64,000 nt of DNA from NCBI RefSeq assembly GCF_963921235.1, contig NC_086108.1, positions 57,476,001 to 57,540,000 on the forward strand, written 5' to 3'. Shown here one piece after another: positions 23,241 to 37,400 of the stretch. This DNA is from Mobula hypostoma. Lineage: Eukaryota. The notes under the pieces are model-generated. The model saw nothing but the letters and a program-made list of their open reading frames with translations, was not told the origin of the DNA and ran no database searches. A program made the translations under genes and the position numbers. Each line of letters begins with the position of its first letter. The first letter of the stretch is position 1.

Positions 23241-25527
23241 ATTCATTCCTAAGTACTGCATTATATAATTTTACAACCACTTTATGCAATAGATAATAAC
23301 AGAATGTAATCCATAATACAAATTTGACTTAGCTCCTGTATAATTGCTATATGCAGTACAATTAAAGATAACTATTTTTAACTAGAAATAAATGTAAAAG
23401 AAAATTTATTAAATTGTTCTGCAATCTATTTGGCACTTTGATTTATAAAACCATACATGGAAACTATACCACTTTTGTAACAGGCTGAGACAAAGTACAA
23501 AATACAAAATTATGCAGGCTCTCTGGAAAATATTAATGCACTACCATGATTTGAAAAGCAATTGAAAATAAATCAAGCAACAATAATTTTTAGCATTATC
23601 TTTACAACACTGGCATTAATGAACATCAACTGAAATTGGAAAAATTCCACCCATTTTTACACTTAATACTGCAAAACAGACATTTGGTTCTAATTTATTC
23701 TACGGATCCATTACAAATGAATGCAAAACTGCATCTATTGCAAATAGATTAAAAATATTATCAAGACATAAATGATAGGTAATGTATTTAAGACCCTAAA
23801 ACATATACTTAAGATATTCATGCAAATAAGTTTTCAAAGACTCTAAGTAAATGAATAAATCATAATATAAAATGTTTAATTGTAACAATATTTTAAGGAC
23901 AAAGAATAAAATTCATTTTCATGGAACTTGTATGAAAAACTGTAAACATACAAACAAAATTTATTTACAGTTTTACGTTGCAGCACATCTCGATACTAAT
24001 TGCTCTTCAGGAATGCAAAACTGGGAAGAGTGGGTCTGAGAATATAAAGTATAAATAAAAGATGGAGGTCAAACCTCAGTTGAACATCGACAGTCAAACA
24101 AGCAGGAAGATGATGCCAAACAAACCAACCAGGTCTGGCAAGTGTGTGAATTATGTATTTGTGGAGAGAACAATATCAAATTCTGCAGATAATGAGAAAC
24201 TCAGAAGCAGACAAAGCAGCAATATTTCAAGTTATAACATGACAAATGCGTTGGAATGTAGGGAAATGCCTTGGGGAAACAAATGCAGAGTAGCAGAACC
24301 TGATGGTAAAAGTCTGAATTGGTGCAAGAGCAGCCAACAAAGATGGCCAGGAAAGCACAAGGGATATTTAACTTCAGTGTAATTAAATATCTAACAGAGG
24401 ACATTATGCCATCTCACTAATAGGTCTCAGCAGCATATTGGGTGATTAAAGGCGCTGGAGATCCTGGGATTATGTGTCTTGGGACAGAGAAGTCAATGGG
24501 AAAGACTAAAAATGGAATTCAGTGCGATGCAAGGTTTAGATACAAAACCCCGAGGGACAAACTTACCTCTAGTAAAAAGGATTTACAGTATATTAACTAC
24601 CAAAGGAGCTGGCAGGCAAATTAGAACTTATTTTAAACAGATCTAAATAAGATCTGGAAACTCTACCTTAAAAATTGGTGGAATCAGATTCTATAACATA
24701 CACCACAGGAAAGTTCAATGTAGGAACAAGCCCTGAGGACCACAATGCCTGTGCTGACTACAGTACCAATCCAAAGTAATCCTATCTGCCTGCACATAGT
24801 CTATATTTCTCAATCATCTACCCGTTCACGACTGACCAAATGCCTCTGAACAGTTGATATTCTACCTGCTTCCACCACATCCCCGGGCAACATGCTGCAG
24901 GCACCTATCACACTAGATCTCAAATCTCCTTCAAGTTTTACTCCTCCCACCCTATACCTCTTTAATCCCAATCTCTAGCATTTGACATCCCACCCTGGGT
25001 CTGATCACCTAACCTTGATATAACAGCTGAATAAAATACCCAGGCACATACTTGGGGAGTACAGGAAAAGAAAGGCAAGTTGCAGTATTAAACAACATTT
25101 AAAAGAAAAAAATAAGATTGCAGAGGTACGATGAACTGAATGGCCCCGAAGATTTCAAAATGACGTTTTATTCATGCTCCAGCGAATCATCACAGCACAG
25201 GTAAAGCTTTTGGTTTAAATGGTCAAACTAGATGCACCCAAGAGACAAGAAAGAAGATCCAGCACAAAATTTAGCCGCAAGAATTGAAAACAGTGGTACT
25301 TTTTAAAAGTTTGGATGAAGCAAAATATCATGTGGTGTTTTTGTCCTTTGCAGCAGTTTTTATACCGGCAAAATATATCTAAGCTTGAAAAAAATGTGAC
25401 CAAACTAGTGATCGATATAAAGTCATTCATTAAAATGGCTTGATCTGAGATCAGCCAATTGAACTAAATAGAGATAGACAGAGAAATTAAATATAACCAT
25501 GCATAACAAATAGATTCCCCTCTCAAT

Positions 25528-26565
25528 GTACACAAAATGCTGGAGGAACTCAGCAGGTCAGGCAGCATCTATGGAGAAGAATAAATAGTTTACATTTCAG
25601 GCTGAAACCCTTCATCTGGACTGGAAAGGAAGAGGGAAGAAGCCAGAATAAAAAGATGCCCTTGCTCACTGCTCCCTCTGTGATCTGTGTTGCTCTCCCA
25701 ACTCTTCGATCATGTGCACATCCAGAATTGCTACCACAGCCACGTGCCAACCCTGGGAACCTGTTTTCACCACCATCTTGCTCCACATGGCTTTGAGCTG
25801 TTTCCATGCATCCCAGTTTGGGCCCACTGAGACTCTCTTCGTCCATTCGTCCCTTCCAGTGTTCTTCTCCTGGCACTTAACCCTACAAGAGGGACACCTA
25901 CCTCTTCACCTCCTCAACACCATTCAAGACCCCATATAGTCCTTCCAGGTGAGGCAACACACCACCTGTGAGTCTGTCGGGATCATCTACTGTATCCAAT
26001 GCTCCCGGAGCAGCCTGTTTTACATAGGTGAGACCTGACGAAAATAGAGGGACTGCTTCATCGCACACCTTTGCTACAACAGGGAAGATTTCCTGGTGGC
26101 CACCCATTGTAATACTACTTCACATTCCCATTCTGGCATGTCAGTCCATGGCTTCCTCTACTGCCACGACGAAACCACTCTCAGGTTGGAGGAGCAAAAC
26201 CTCATATTCCCTCTAGAAACCCTTCAACATTCTCCTCCTTCCCTTTCTCCCACAGTCCACTCTCTTCTCCTATGAGATTCCTTCTTCAGCCCTTTACTTT
26301 TCCCACCTATCCCCTTGCAGTTTCTCACTTCATCATCCCTTCCCCACTCACCCACCTGGCTGCATATATCCCCGGCTTGTACTCCTTCCCCACTCTGCAC
26401 CCCCCACCATTTTCTTATTCTGGATGTGCTCCCTTCCTTTCCAGTCTCTGAAGGGTCTCCTCCTGATACGTCAACTGTTTATTCCCCTCCATAGGTGCTG
26501 CCTGACTTACTGAGTTCCTCCAGCATTTAGCATGTGTCACTCAGGATCTGCAGAATCACGCGTTT
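25528..26565 (+). mobile_element. Penelope-like element: inverted 5' repeat, GIY-YIG remnant, 3' repeat
   Basis: IIYCIQCSRSSLFYIGET near 25982-26036; the termini are mutually inverted copies of the PLE repeat. Confidence 0.8.
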
Positions 26566-28270
26566 ATAGCAAAATAAATCTCTACTCAGCTTCATAGATG
26601 AAATAGATACAATTATAGAGCAATTAACAGGAAAATAGGTATACACGATCTCTATTGAATCTGTGTGCACAGCTGTATAGCGTAAGTATGTAGCTAAATC
26701 AGCAAGGCAGGATACAAAATAATCGACACCACCCAAAGCAATTTAGATGGCTGTGGTCGATGACTCATTACAAACTAATATTTTCTGCACAGACAAGGAA
26801 TTCAGCCCATCAGACCTGTCTCTCTCTCTGAAGCAATCCAACCTAATCCTCATGGTGTTGGAGATTTATTTCCTTTAACCTACATGAAAATGTAGGTTTG
26901 GTTTAGAAGTTATCTCTACTTGTACTTGTCAATCTATGTCCAATTGTCTTCGATAAGGTGTTAATATGTTGTGACCTCCATGAGAGCAGCAATGAAATCG
27001 TTTCACTGCTTTCAAACTGGCTTCAGCCAGCAGATAGACATTTGCTGCAAGCTATATGTAGCTGTCAGGCAGGACCAGATGACCAATCGTCACTGTCCTT
27101 CTGAAATTTGGTGGTGTAATTGTTGCAACATGCTATAGTATTGACCTTGGAGGAGCTAAATAAACAAAGCAAGTTAAGAATTGCCTTATTTTACTCATTG
27201 TAGCCAGGTGGAGTTTAGAGGTTTGGGCTACTCAGGCACTTGTCTGCACACTCATGCCTCTACTAAATATTTTCCACCATTCCATTTTAATGTTCCTATC
27301 TTTACAATTTAATTTAGAACATGTTGTATTACAAAGTTTGCAGCTGAGGTTTTGAATCAATTATGCCAATAATTCCAGGTTAAGGCATTACCACCGAAAA
27401 TAATTCCCTGTACATTTCTAACTGGAAAAATCTGATTAAGTATTATTAAGCTAGACCTATCTGTCCAACTCAATAAAAACATAAGAAATCAAACAAGAGG
27501 GAATAAAACAAAATTGCAAATGTTTCTGTATCTTCTAGTGTCGATTAAACTATTTATGTTAACAATTTTTAACAAGATTTATATTATAGCATGCCTTTGT
27601 TGCAAAACAACAAATTTTGTGGCATATGTCAGTGATAATAAATGTGATTCTAATTCTAAAACTGCAGAAGCACTAACAATGAAAGCCACTTACAGAGTAT
27701 ACTGTAGACGAGGATCACAGTATTATAATGAGAATGAGTCAGACATTTCCCTGATGATAATTCTGTATTTTATAACTTTGGTAGTGTGTTTCTGATTTCA
27801 AATATAAAACAGTGGCACTGAAAATCGTGCGTTATACATCAACAATGCATCAATCCCATTTCTGCCTTGCAGTTTCATCAAGACTTAAAACAGACTCATT
27901 ATTGTCTGCAAGGCAAAGAATAATATGTTAATGCATTGATACATTATAGTCATTTTAAAGAATGCTGACACATTGCAGAATAAAAACTGATTTTGCAGGA
28001 GTATAGTCCAAGTATTTGAAATCTGAAAGTAGGGAAATACCTAGTATGTCAGCAACTATAAAGGAACAGAGATGATCACAAATGCTCATCTAAATATTGC
28101 CCGAAAATCTTGTATATTTATTTACAGCTGATTAGACTTCCATTGTTGAATTCAATTTTTCTATCTTCCAGAAACAATTTAAGAAATCTTTACTTCATAT
28201 AGTTGGATCAAGGAATTGAGGAATCGTGCAAATAGCCTTAAATAATTTTAAAATTCTGAAAATAATTAGT

Positions 28271-28426
28271 TCAACTCCTGAGATTCTGCTTTTTCTGCTG
28301 TTTAAGAGGTTTCTTCATTATAATCAGCAATGGTGGCTTGATCTTGGGTCTATCCTGGAAGAGCTTCATCTCACATTCGGATGTGGGGAAGCGGTTTTGG
28401 TAGATTTCTGGATATTCCTTTTGGAA
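28271..28426 (-). CDS. DEPDC1: DEPDC1 last coding exon 12 ([15 protein letters not shown]...NLRS*)
   Basis: CAG acceptor; FQKEYP motif; TGA at 28273-28271. Confidence 0.95.
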   Translation of the reverse strand, partial: FQKEYPEIYQNRFPTSECEMKLFQDRPKIKPPLLIIMKKPLKQQKKQNLRS

Positions 28427-31400
28427 CTGAAGGTGAACAGAAAATAAGGTTAATAGACCTCCAATTTTTAATATTCTTTTTTCCCTAACAAAATATTTTA
28501 ATAAGATTTGTTCTAAAGTAGGCAATTTAACATTGGCCTTTGTCCAGGTTGCATGTACAATTACATGATTATTGTGCTTACTCCACTAGGTACACAAGTC
28601 CAGAGAGAAATTTACACTCAATATGACTAAAACCTCTCCAGCTTTGCTGTATATACACCATCGTTTTTGACCATATAACTAGGAGACAACTTAAACAGTT
28701 TCATTTCAGGTGGAAAGGGTGCACCTATTTTAGATCTTGTCTGATTTCCAATGACTTGAAAGGGAAAAGAAAAGAACACCAGCCATATTGTCAGATCATT
28801 ACTTAACTTGTTGGCAGATCCCATCGAAGTTAAAGGTGGCTGGCTACTTGGTTTGATATTCTACGTTGTACTTTGTCTAGTCTGGCTGTTACTGCCAGTG
28901 CTCCTTGCACATGCAAGGAGAACTTTGGATGCAACCCAGAAGTGCAAAACCTGTAACTGAATACTTGTTTCTATATTTGGACTAAATTGAGCAAATGATT
29001 CTTCATTGTTTTAGTACTGTAGCTTGATGTATCCCATTTCTGCCACCCAGTACTGTGGCAATAAAATGTATATGCCACAAAGAAGCCCAACTACTTGGGT
29101 TTGTAAATAGCATAAAAGAGAATACCTGTAGTTAATATTGAAGTATTGCCAAGTTTCAGCCTGGGCATTGGATCGCTACCATTTAAAGTATATTTCTAAC
29201 TCACACATATTAATTCAATCAACTCTCCCCTCAAATGCAATAAATATCTAGAAACATAAAAGGAAAATATGGGCAAAATGAGGACACAAGTGGCTACTGG
29301 AAGAAAATCAGCGTGGCCTTTAGCTTTTGCATATTATCCAGGGAGGAGAGTGCAAAGACGATGGGTGAGGAAAGGGGTGGGGACAGACAGGGGGGCAGAG
29401 AGTGAGAGGTTATTATGCTTTCGACAAGATAATTTGTAAAAAGTAGTACAGAATCCTTTTTTTGGTTAATTTGTTCTGCAGTATGTTAATTTTAAATTTC
29501 CCTTAAAGAAGGGCTATGAATCATTTGTGCAATACGAGTGAACAACATTTTAAGGCGCATTGAGTTTAGGGAAGAGTGCCATAATCTGCAAAATGATCAA
29601 GGAGCTCATTTACTTGCCCACTTCTCACAGACTGGCTCCGGTTGATGTAATTATCTCTGCTTAACCCTCCATTCCTGTCAAATAAAAGACACACAATGCT
29701 TCCTTGCTTACTTGTTTAAGCTTTTTTCTCTTGTCTTTAACTGATAATTTCTTGTCTTCCACAATATTTTCCAATAACTCAGCTATGGCACACTGAGATA
29801 TAGTAACCTTTTGTTCTTCAAATTCCTTATTGCTTATCTGTTGGCAGAATGTATACATTGGGACTGAAGGATTCACATCTGTACATGGATACTGAATCTG
29901 AAACACAGTGAGGATAAATTAGGAATATACTTTAATATTTCACTCTACTTCAACAGATTAAATAGATGCCACTTTTTGTGGCAAATTAAAATACATCTAA
30001 CACTGTTTCTAAATATTTTATTTGTTAAAAATATTAAGTACCTTGACTTTTTGGAGATGCTTGATGTGATCTTCTACAGCATTCTGCAGATAAGATGGTA
30101 CTTGCAGAATCTCTTGATGGTGGTCCAGTATAAAAGAAACCAGTCGCATACCTAACAATTCATCAAGGTCAACCTCCTTCTTGCCACGTAATATACAGTG
30201 TGAAAAAGTGTTAACTACCTGTAAAGTAAAAAAAGGAATCACAGTGAAGAAACAATTTGCAAATTCAGCTCTTTCATTTATTTCTTCTTTTTCTCCATTT
30301 GGTCACCTCCAGCATGGATACAGCTTTCCCCTCCATGGGGCCATCTGCAAGAGGTGATGTCTCAGAAAGGTGGCATCCATCATCAGGTCTATACCCTCTT
30401 CATGATGTTGCATCAGGCAGAAGGTACAGGAGCCTGAAGACCCACAGGTCAAGGTTCAACAATAACTTCTTTTTCATTGCCTTCAGGTTCTTGAACCAAC
30501 TTGGAAAAAACTTTTTTTTTCCCCTCTCTCAAGCTTGCAATATTGTCATCATGTTTACTTTGTTTATTTTGCACGTGTGTATGATTTACGTTAATCTGAT
30601 TATGCATTTATAAGGTGAGCTTCATGGGCGTTTGGTGTCATTCTGGTGGCCCAGTCAGCAGTGGGAGTGGTGCAGAGAAGAATAAATAAAAGTACAGAGG
30701 GATAAGGGGAGCGGCCATCATTGGGAGTGGGCCAGTGGTGAGAGTGGGAGTGTCAGGCTTTGGCTCAGAAGAAGAGGCGTTGGCTCTGAATAAGTTTCTG
30801 TTAAGTTTTCCCTTTTTTTAAAAAAAAACTGTGTCAGGAGTACTTAGTGTTGTGAGTTCTTCATGCAAGTTGTTGGCATCCTGGGAGACCTCGAGCCTCC
30901 CAGGAAACAACATCTGTATGAAGTGCATCCGGCTGCAGCTCCTTGAAGACCGTGTTAGGGATCTGGAGCAGCAGCTGGATGACTTCAGCTTGCACAGGAG
31001 AGTGAGGAGATAATCAATCGGAGTTACAGGGAAGTAGTCATCCTGAAGTTGCAGGAGGCGAGTAGCTGGGTGACTGTCAGGAGAAGGAATGGGAAGGTGA
31101 ATAGACAGTCAGCACAGGGCACCCCTGAGGGTAAGAACACCGTTTTTGACACTGTTGGGGGAATGACCTCCCAGAGGAATGCCACGGAGACCAGGTTATT
31201 GGCACTAAGCATGGTTCCATGGTGCAGAAGGGAACGAGGGAGAAAAGGGAAGTGGTAGGGATAGGGGACTCAATTGTCACAGGAACAGACAGGAGATTCT
31301 ATGGATGTGAACGGGACACCTGGATGGTATGTTGCCTCCCAGGTGCCAGGGTCAGGGATGTCTTGGATCACGTCTACAGCACTTTGGAGAGGAAGGGAGA

Positions 31401-34400
31401 GCAGCCAGATGTCTTGGTATGTATTGGTACAAATGAAAGGAAGGAAAAGCAGAGGTCCTGAAGAGAGAATTTAGAGAGCTAGGCAGACATCTGAGAAGCA
31501 GGACCTCCAGGGTACAAGTTTCTGGATTACTACCTGTGCCATGCACTAGTGATGGCAGAAACAGGACGATTTTGCAGATAAATGCATGGCTGAGAAGCTG
31601 GTGCAGGGGACAGGGCTTCAGATTCCTGGATCATTAGGATCTCTTCTGGGCGAGGTATGACCTGTTCAAAATGATGGGTTGCACCTGAACCTGAGGGGAA
31701 CTAATATGCCCGTGAGCAGGTTTGTTAGAGCTGTTAGGGAGGGTTTAAACTAATTTGGCAGGGGGATGGGAACTGGATTGAAGGGACAGGATAGCATAGA
31801 TGGTTTAAAAAAAAAGCAAAGATAGCATGAAGACAGACGGTCAGGAAGGGCAGGCAGATGACAGGACAAAATTGCAGACAGCAGGGTAAGTATCGGTGCA
31901 TTATGGATGCAGAATCAAAAAGGGTAACAAATACAGTACTCAAAGTATTATATCTCAATGCATGGAGTAGAAGAAACAAGGAGGATGATTTTGTTGCACT
32001 TTTGCAGATTGTCGGGTATGATAAGGCCATCACAGAATCGTGGCTGAAGGATGGTTGTAGTTGGGAGCTGAATGTCCAAACTACACATTGTATAAGGGGG
32101 ATAGGAAGGTAGCCAGCGGGAGTGGCATGGCTCTGCTAGTAAAAAATGGCATCAACTCATTAGAAAAATGTGAAGATGTTGAGCTGGGATGTGGACTACA
32201 GATTACAATGGGAAATAGAAAAGGTGTGCCAAAAGGGCAATGTTTATGATAGTCATGAGAGATCTTAACATGCAGGTAGATTGGGAAAATCAGGTTGATA
32301 ATGGATCTCAAGAGAGTAAGTTTGTTGAATGCCTATGAGATGGCTTGTTAAAGCAGTTTAGCATTGAATCTACTGGGGATCAGCTATACTGGATTGGATG
32401 TTACATAATAAACTGAAGGTGATTATGGTAGAAGATTCATGGTAGAAGAACCCTTAGAAGGCAGTGATCACAACTCAGAATTTGATAGGGAGAAGGTAAA
32501 GCCAGACGTGGCAATATTTCAGAGTAATAAAGGAAATTACAATGGTATGAGATGGGAGTTGGTCAAAGTAAATTGGAAGGAAATGCTGGCAGGGATGACA
32601 GCAGTACAGCAATGGCTTGAGATTCTGGGAAAAATGAGGAAGGTGCAAGATAGATGTATTCCAAAAACAAAGAAATACTCAAATGGCAAAATAGTACAAC
32701 TATGGCTGACAAGGGAAGTCAAAGTTAATGTAAAAGCAAAATAGAGGGCATACAACAAAACAAAAATTAGCAGGAAGATAGAGGATTGCGAAGCTTTTAA
32801 AAACCTAGAGAGCAACTAAAAGAATTATTAGAAGGGAAAAACATAGAACAGTACAGCACATTCGGCCCACAACGTTGTGCCGACCCAGATTAAAGATTAA
32901 ATATGAAAGCAAGCTAGCAAATAATATCAAAATGGATAGTAAAATTTTTTCATGTATGTTAAAAATAAAAGATAAATGAGCGTGGATATAGGACTGCTAG
33001 AAAATGAGGCAGGAGAAATAATAACAGGGGACAAGGAGATGGCAGATGAACTAGGTGAACAGTTTGCATCAATCTTCTCTTTGAAAGACATTGGTAGTGT
33101 ACCAGGTGTTGAAGGGTGTGAGATAAGAAAGTGAGTGCCGTTACTATTACAAGGGAGAAGGTGCTCAAAAAACTGGAAGACTTAAAAGGCACATGCTACC
33201 TGGACTAGATGAACTATGCCCTAGGGTTCTGAAAGAGGTAGCAGTAGAGATTGTGGAGACATTAGTAATGATCTTTTAAGAATCACTGGACTCTGGCATG
33301 GTGCCAGAGGACTGGAAAATTGCAAATGTCATTCCACTCTTTGAGAAAGGAGGAAAGCATCAGAAAGGCAATCATAGACCAGTTCACCTGATCTCAGTGG
33401 TTGAGAAGATGTTAGAGTCAATTGATAAGGATGAGATTATGGAATACTTGGTGACATGGGACAAGATAGGACAAAGTCAGCATGGTTTATTTAAGGGAAA
33501 ATCTTGCCTGACGAACTTATTGGAATTCTTTCAGGAGACTACAAGTAGGGTAGATAAAAGGGATGCAATGGATGTTGTATATTGGATTTTCAGAAGGCCT
33601 TTTACAAGGTGCCACCTGAGGCTGCTTACCAAGTTAAGAGCCCTTGGTATTACAGGAAAGTTACTAGCATGGTTAGAACATTGGCTGATTGGTAGGAGTC
33701 AGTGAGTGGGAACAAAAGGATTCTTTTCTTGTTGGCTGCCAGTGACTAGGGGTGTTCCATAGGGGCTGGTGTTGGGATTGCTTCTTTTTATGCTTTATAT
33801 CAATGATTTAGATGATGGAATAGATGGAATAGTTGTTGATAAGTTTGCAGATGATATGAAGATTGGTGGAGGAGTAGGTAGTGTTGAGGAAACAAGAAGG
33901 CTGCTGAAGGACTTAGACAGATTAGGAGAATGGGCAAGAAAGTGGCAAATGAAATACAATGTTGGAAAATGCACAGTCATGCACTTTGGTAAAAGAAATA
34001 GATGTGCAGACTATTTTCTGAATGGTGAAAAAACACAAAAATCTGAGATGCGAAGAGTTTTGGGAGTCCTTGTTCAGAACACCCTCAAGGTTAACCTGCA
34101 GGTTGAGTTGGTGGTGAGGAAGGCAAATGCAATGTTAGCATTCATTTCGAAAGGTCTAGAATACAAGAGCAGGGATGTGATGCTGAGGTTTTATAGGACA
34201 TTGGTGAGGCCTCACCTTGAGTACTGTGGACAGTTTTGGGCTCCTTATTTAAGAAAAGATGTGCTGGCTTTGGAGAGGGTCCAGAGGAGGTTCACAAGGA
34301 TGATTCTGGGAATGAAAGGGTTATCATATGAGGAACATTTGATGGCGCTGGGCCTGCACTTGCTGGAATTTAGAAGGATAAGTGGGATCTCACTGAAACC

Positions 34401-37400
34401 TTTCAAATGTTGTAAGGCCTAGAGAAAGCAGATGTGGAAAGGATGTTTCCCATGGTGGGAGAGTCTAGGACAGGAGGGCACAGCCTCAGGATGGATGGGC
34501 ATCCACTTAAAACAGAGGTGCGGAGAATTTTTTTTAGCCAGAGGGTGGTGAGTTTGTGGAATTTGTTTCAACACGCAGCTGTGGAGGCCAGGTCATTGGG
34601 TGTATTTAAGGTGGAGATTGATAGATTATGGGAGAAGGCTGGGGAGTGAAGCTGAAGAGGGGAAAAAAGGATCAGACATGATTGAATGGCTGAGCAGACT
34701 CAATGGGCCAAATGGCCTACTTCTGATCCTATGTCTTTTGACCTGATAGCATACATACAGTGCACAAGACCATGACAATAAAATTGAACTTTCTCAGTCA
34801 AAAATAATTCCAATATAGTAATACTGCTCATCTGTAAATCACACAAACAGCAATTCTTCAGGTATATCAAATCTATCAGTTTTTAAAAATTATTTATTTT
34901 ACTTTTATTTATTACAAACAAACAAAAAAAACAAAAAATACAGCACATCCACAAACACCACAACCATAACAAAATCAAATTAAATATTGAGCATGCAAAA
35001 GGGAGAAAAATGTAAAGACACATCATGTCATACTTCAGCACACCAAGTCTTCTGAGAATGAAATAGCCACATACCAGCATCCTTGTTCCCATAGCATCAT
35101 GAAGCCGTGGCAAATCGACATTCTGGCTAATACGAGATATCATGCGCATAAGTAGTTGCAGTTTTCTGCGATTGGGTGGAGGTAAAAGAAGGCAACATAT
35201 TTGGAGAGCTTCTATAGCAACCTGCTCTAGATGAGGTTGCAATAAACCTGGGATACATAAAGAGGTAATCAATTTATATTCTTTCACATCTTCATTTAAT
35301 CCAAATATTACGTGTACCCATTATTTAACCAGTTATTTCAGGATTTAAATTTGAACATTTTATCATATTTTCTTAATTAACATCTTGGAAAAGATACTTC
35401 AACAATGATTCTATCTCTGTACTCTATCTACAAATGTTAATTCACCATCTACCCAATCTAAATACAGTAATACTAACAGATTATGGGTTTCAAGTTCATT
35501 TTAGCTAGCAGCATTGGGCTATTGTAATGTTAAATATCCACTTGCAATATTAAAAACACACCCTTCACATATTTGACCCTTTAAGAAAAGTGACAAAAAC
35601 ACAAAAGCTTGGACAAAAATAACAAGCAATGCATACAGTATTAAGCGTTATTCTTACTTTGTGTGTCATTCAAACATTCTGCAAAGGTTGAATGGCAGCC
35701 ATTTGAAGAGCAGTTCTCAGATCCATCCACAGTATACTTATAACACTGGAACATGGCTCCACCTGGAGTTGGATATCCAGTTCCTACTGTGTTGGCCAAA
35801 CTAAATGTACTTGGTCTTCTTAATCCTAGCTGAGGTGAACAATGGGGTTTCATTGTAACTTCAGCAACTGGAGCATTTATATTAAAACAGCTGCCCACAT
35901 CTTTGGATATCTTATAGTTATTCGCTGTATTAAGCTCATGGTAATTAATTTTTGAAAAATAGTGCAATCTTCCAAATCGTGAATCCTGATTCTGTTGATC
36001 CTGACCCTGAACTGATTTTTGGTCAATTGCATTGGTCGTCTCTCCAGTGACCAATTCTTGATTTGTAAAATTAGTCCGAGGTTCATTACTGGATTCAGCC
36101 AAAGTCCATGCTGAGCTACACATAGTGCTGAAATTAGAAACTTGCTGTCTGCCACTTTCCAGGTACAGATTTGACATTGATTCTGCTTTAGGTCTACCAT
36201 TAATGAGGGGCCGGATGCCCTGAATGTGGGACTGTTCAGTACCATTTTGAGGCCTTGCCACATTCTGGTTAATGTGGCTGAGTGGTTTGCGTGGTTTATC
36301 TCCACTTGCAATGTGTCCTATTGAGTGGTGCCTTGACATGATTGGGCAGCGCTGTCTGAGATCATTTTTTAAGTGAGCTAGGTTTTGATAGCTGCCTCCT
36401 ATTAATTGATCTTTAATATCAGCTTTCTTATTGCTTTTCACATGTTGATTTAGACGCCTAGCACATCCTTTTTGAAGATTATGCTCATTTCGTAATAGTT
36501 TCTGCTCAGATATATTGACTTCCTCCTGTTGCTGCATGGGTTTCGCTGAAATATCTTTGCGAATTAAGCTTAGCAACAAACATTCGGTCGATTTGAAAGA
36601 GATTTTATGGCTATTCAGGTGTTGTGATTTTGCTGGCTGTGGACAGCCAAATTCATCCAAATTCTTGCGCTTTCCTTGTTGTCTGTTTGAGATCATGATG
36701 TAACCACACAAAACTAGCAGAAAATCAAAAGAGATTTAATACAAATTATAAACAAATACTAGGCATCACAGTGCAGCAAAGGCAATACACAAACATTTGC
36801 AACATGTGTTAGTGACATCAAAAGCACAGAGCAAGTTGAAAAAATGTGGAAATTAACATTTGTAAAGGGTATAAAAACATTTTAACTGTTTAACTACCTC
36901 TCACAAATTTATAGGCATCATTAAGTCTCGTGAGACCATGGATTTGCGCCTTGGAAGGTTTCCAGGGCGCAGGCCTGGGCAAGGTTGTTTGGAAGACCGG
37001 CAGTTGCCCATGCTGCAAGTCTTCCCTCTCCACGACACCAATGTTGTCCCAGGGAAGGGCACTAGGGCCAATACAGCTTGGCACCGGTGTCATCGCAGAG
37101 CAATGTGTGGTTAAGTGCCTTGCTTAAGGACACAACACGCTGCCTCAGTTGAGACTCGAATTAGCGACCTTCAGATCACTAGACCGACGCCTTAACCACT
37201 TGACCACGTGTCAACACACCTCTCTCAAAAGCAGTTGGAAAAATCACATCAAAATAATTAAATACTAATAAACCTTCAGCTAGGCACAATAAATCTTTCA
37301 TAATGAGACCAATAGCAGTCGCACAACTACTAGTGTAAAAATCCATTTATGAGTTTAGATTATTTTGGCTTTTCTAGTACCTACCTAATATATTCACAAA

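Noticed and set aside
25585..26480. Additional active hammerheads in the 25.5-26.5 kb PLE
   Set aside because: The cores are mutated (CAGATGA in place of CTGATGA; GATA in place of GAAA).
35641..36711. Stand-alone 356-aa gene from the ORF track
   Set aside because: It is DEPDC1 exon 8, with splice sites at 36713 and 35658.
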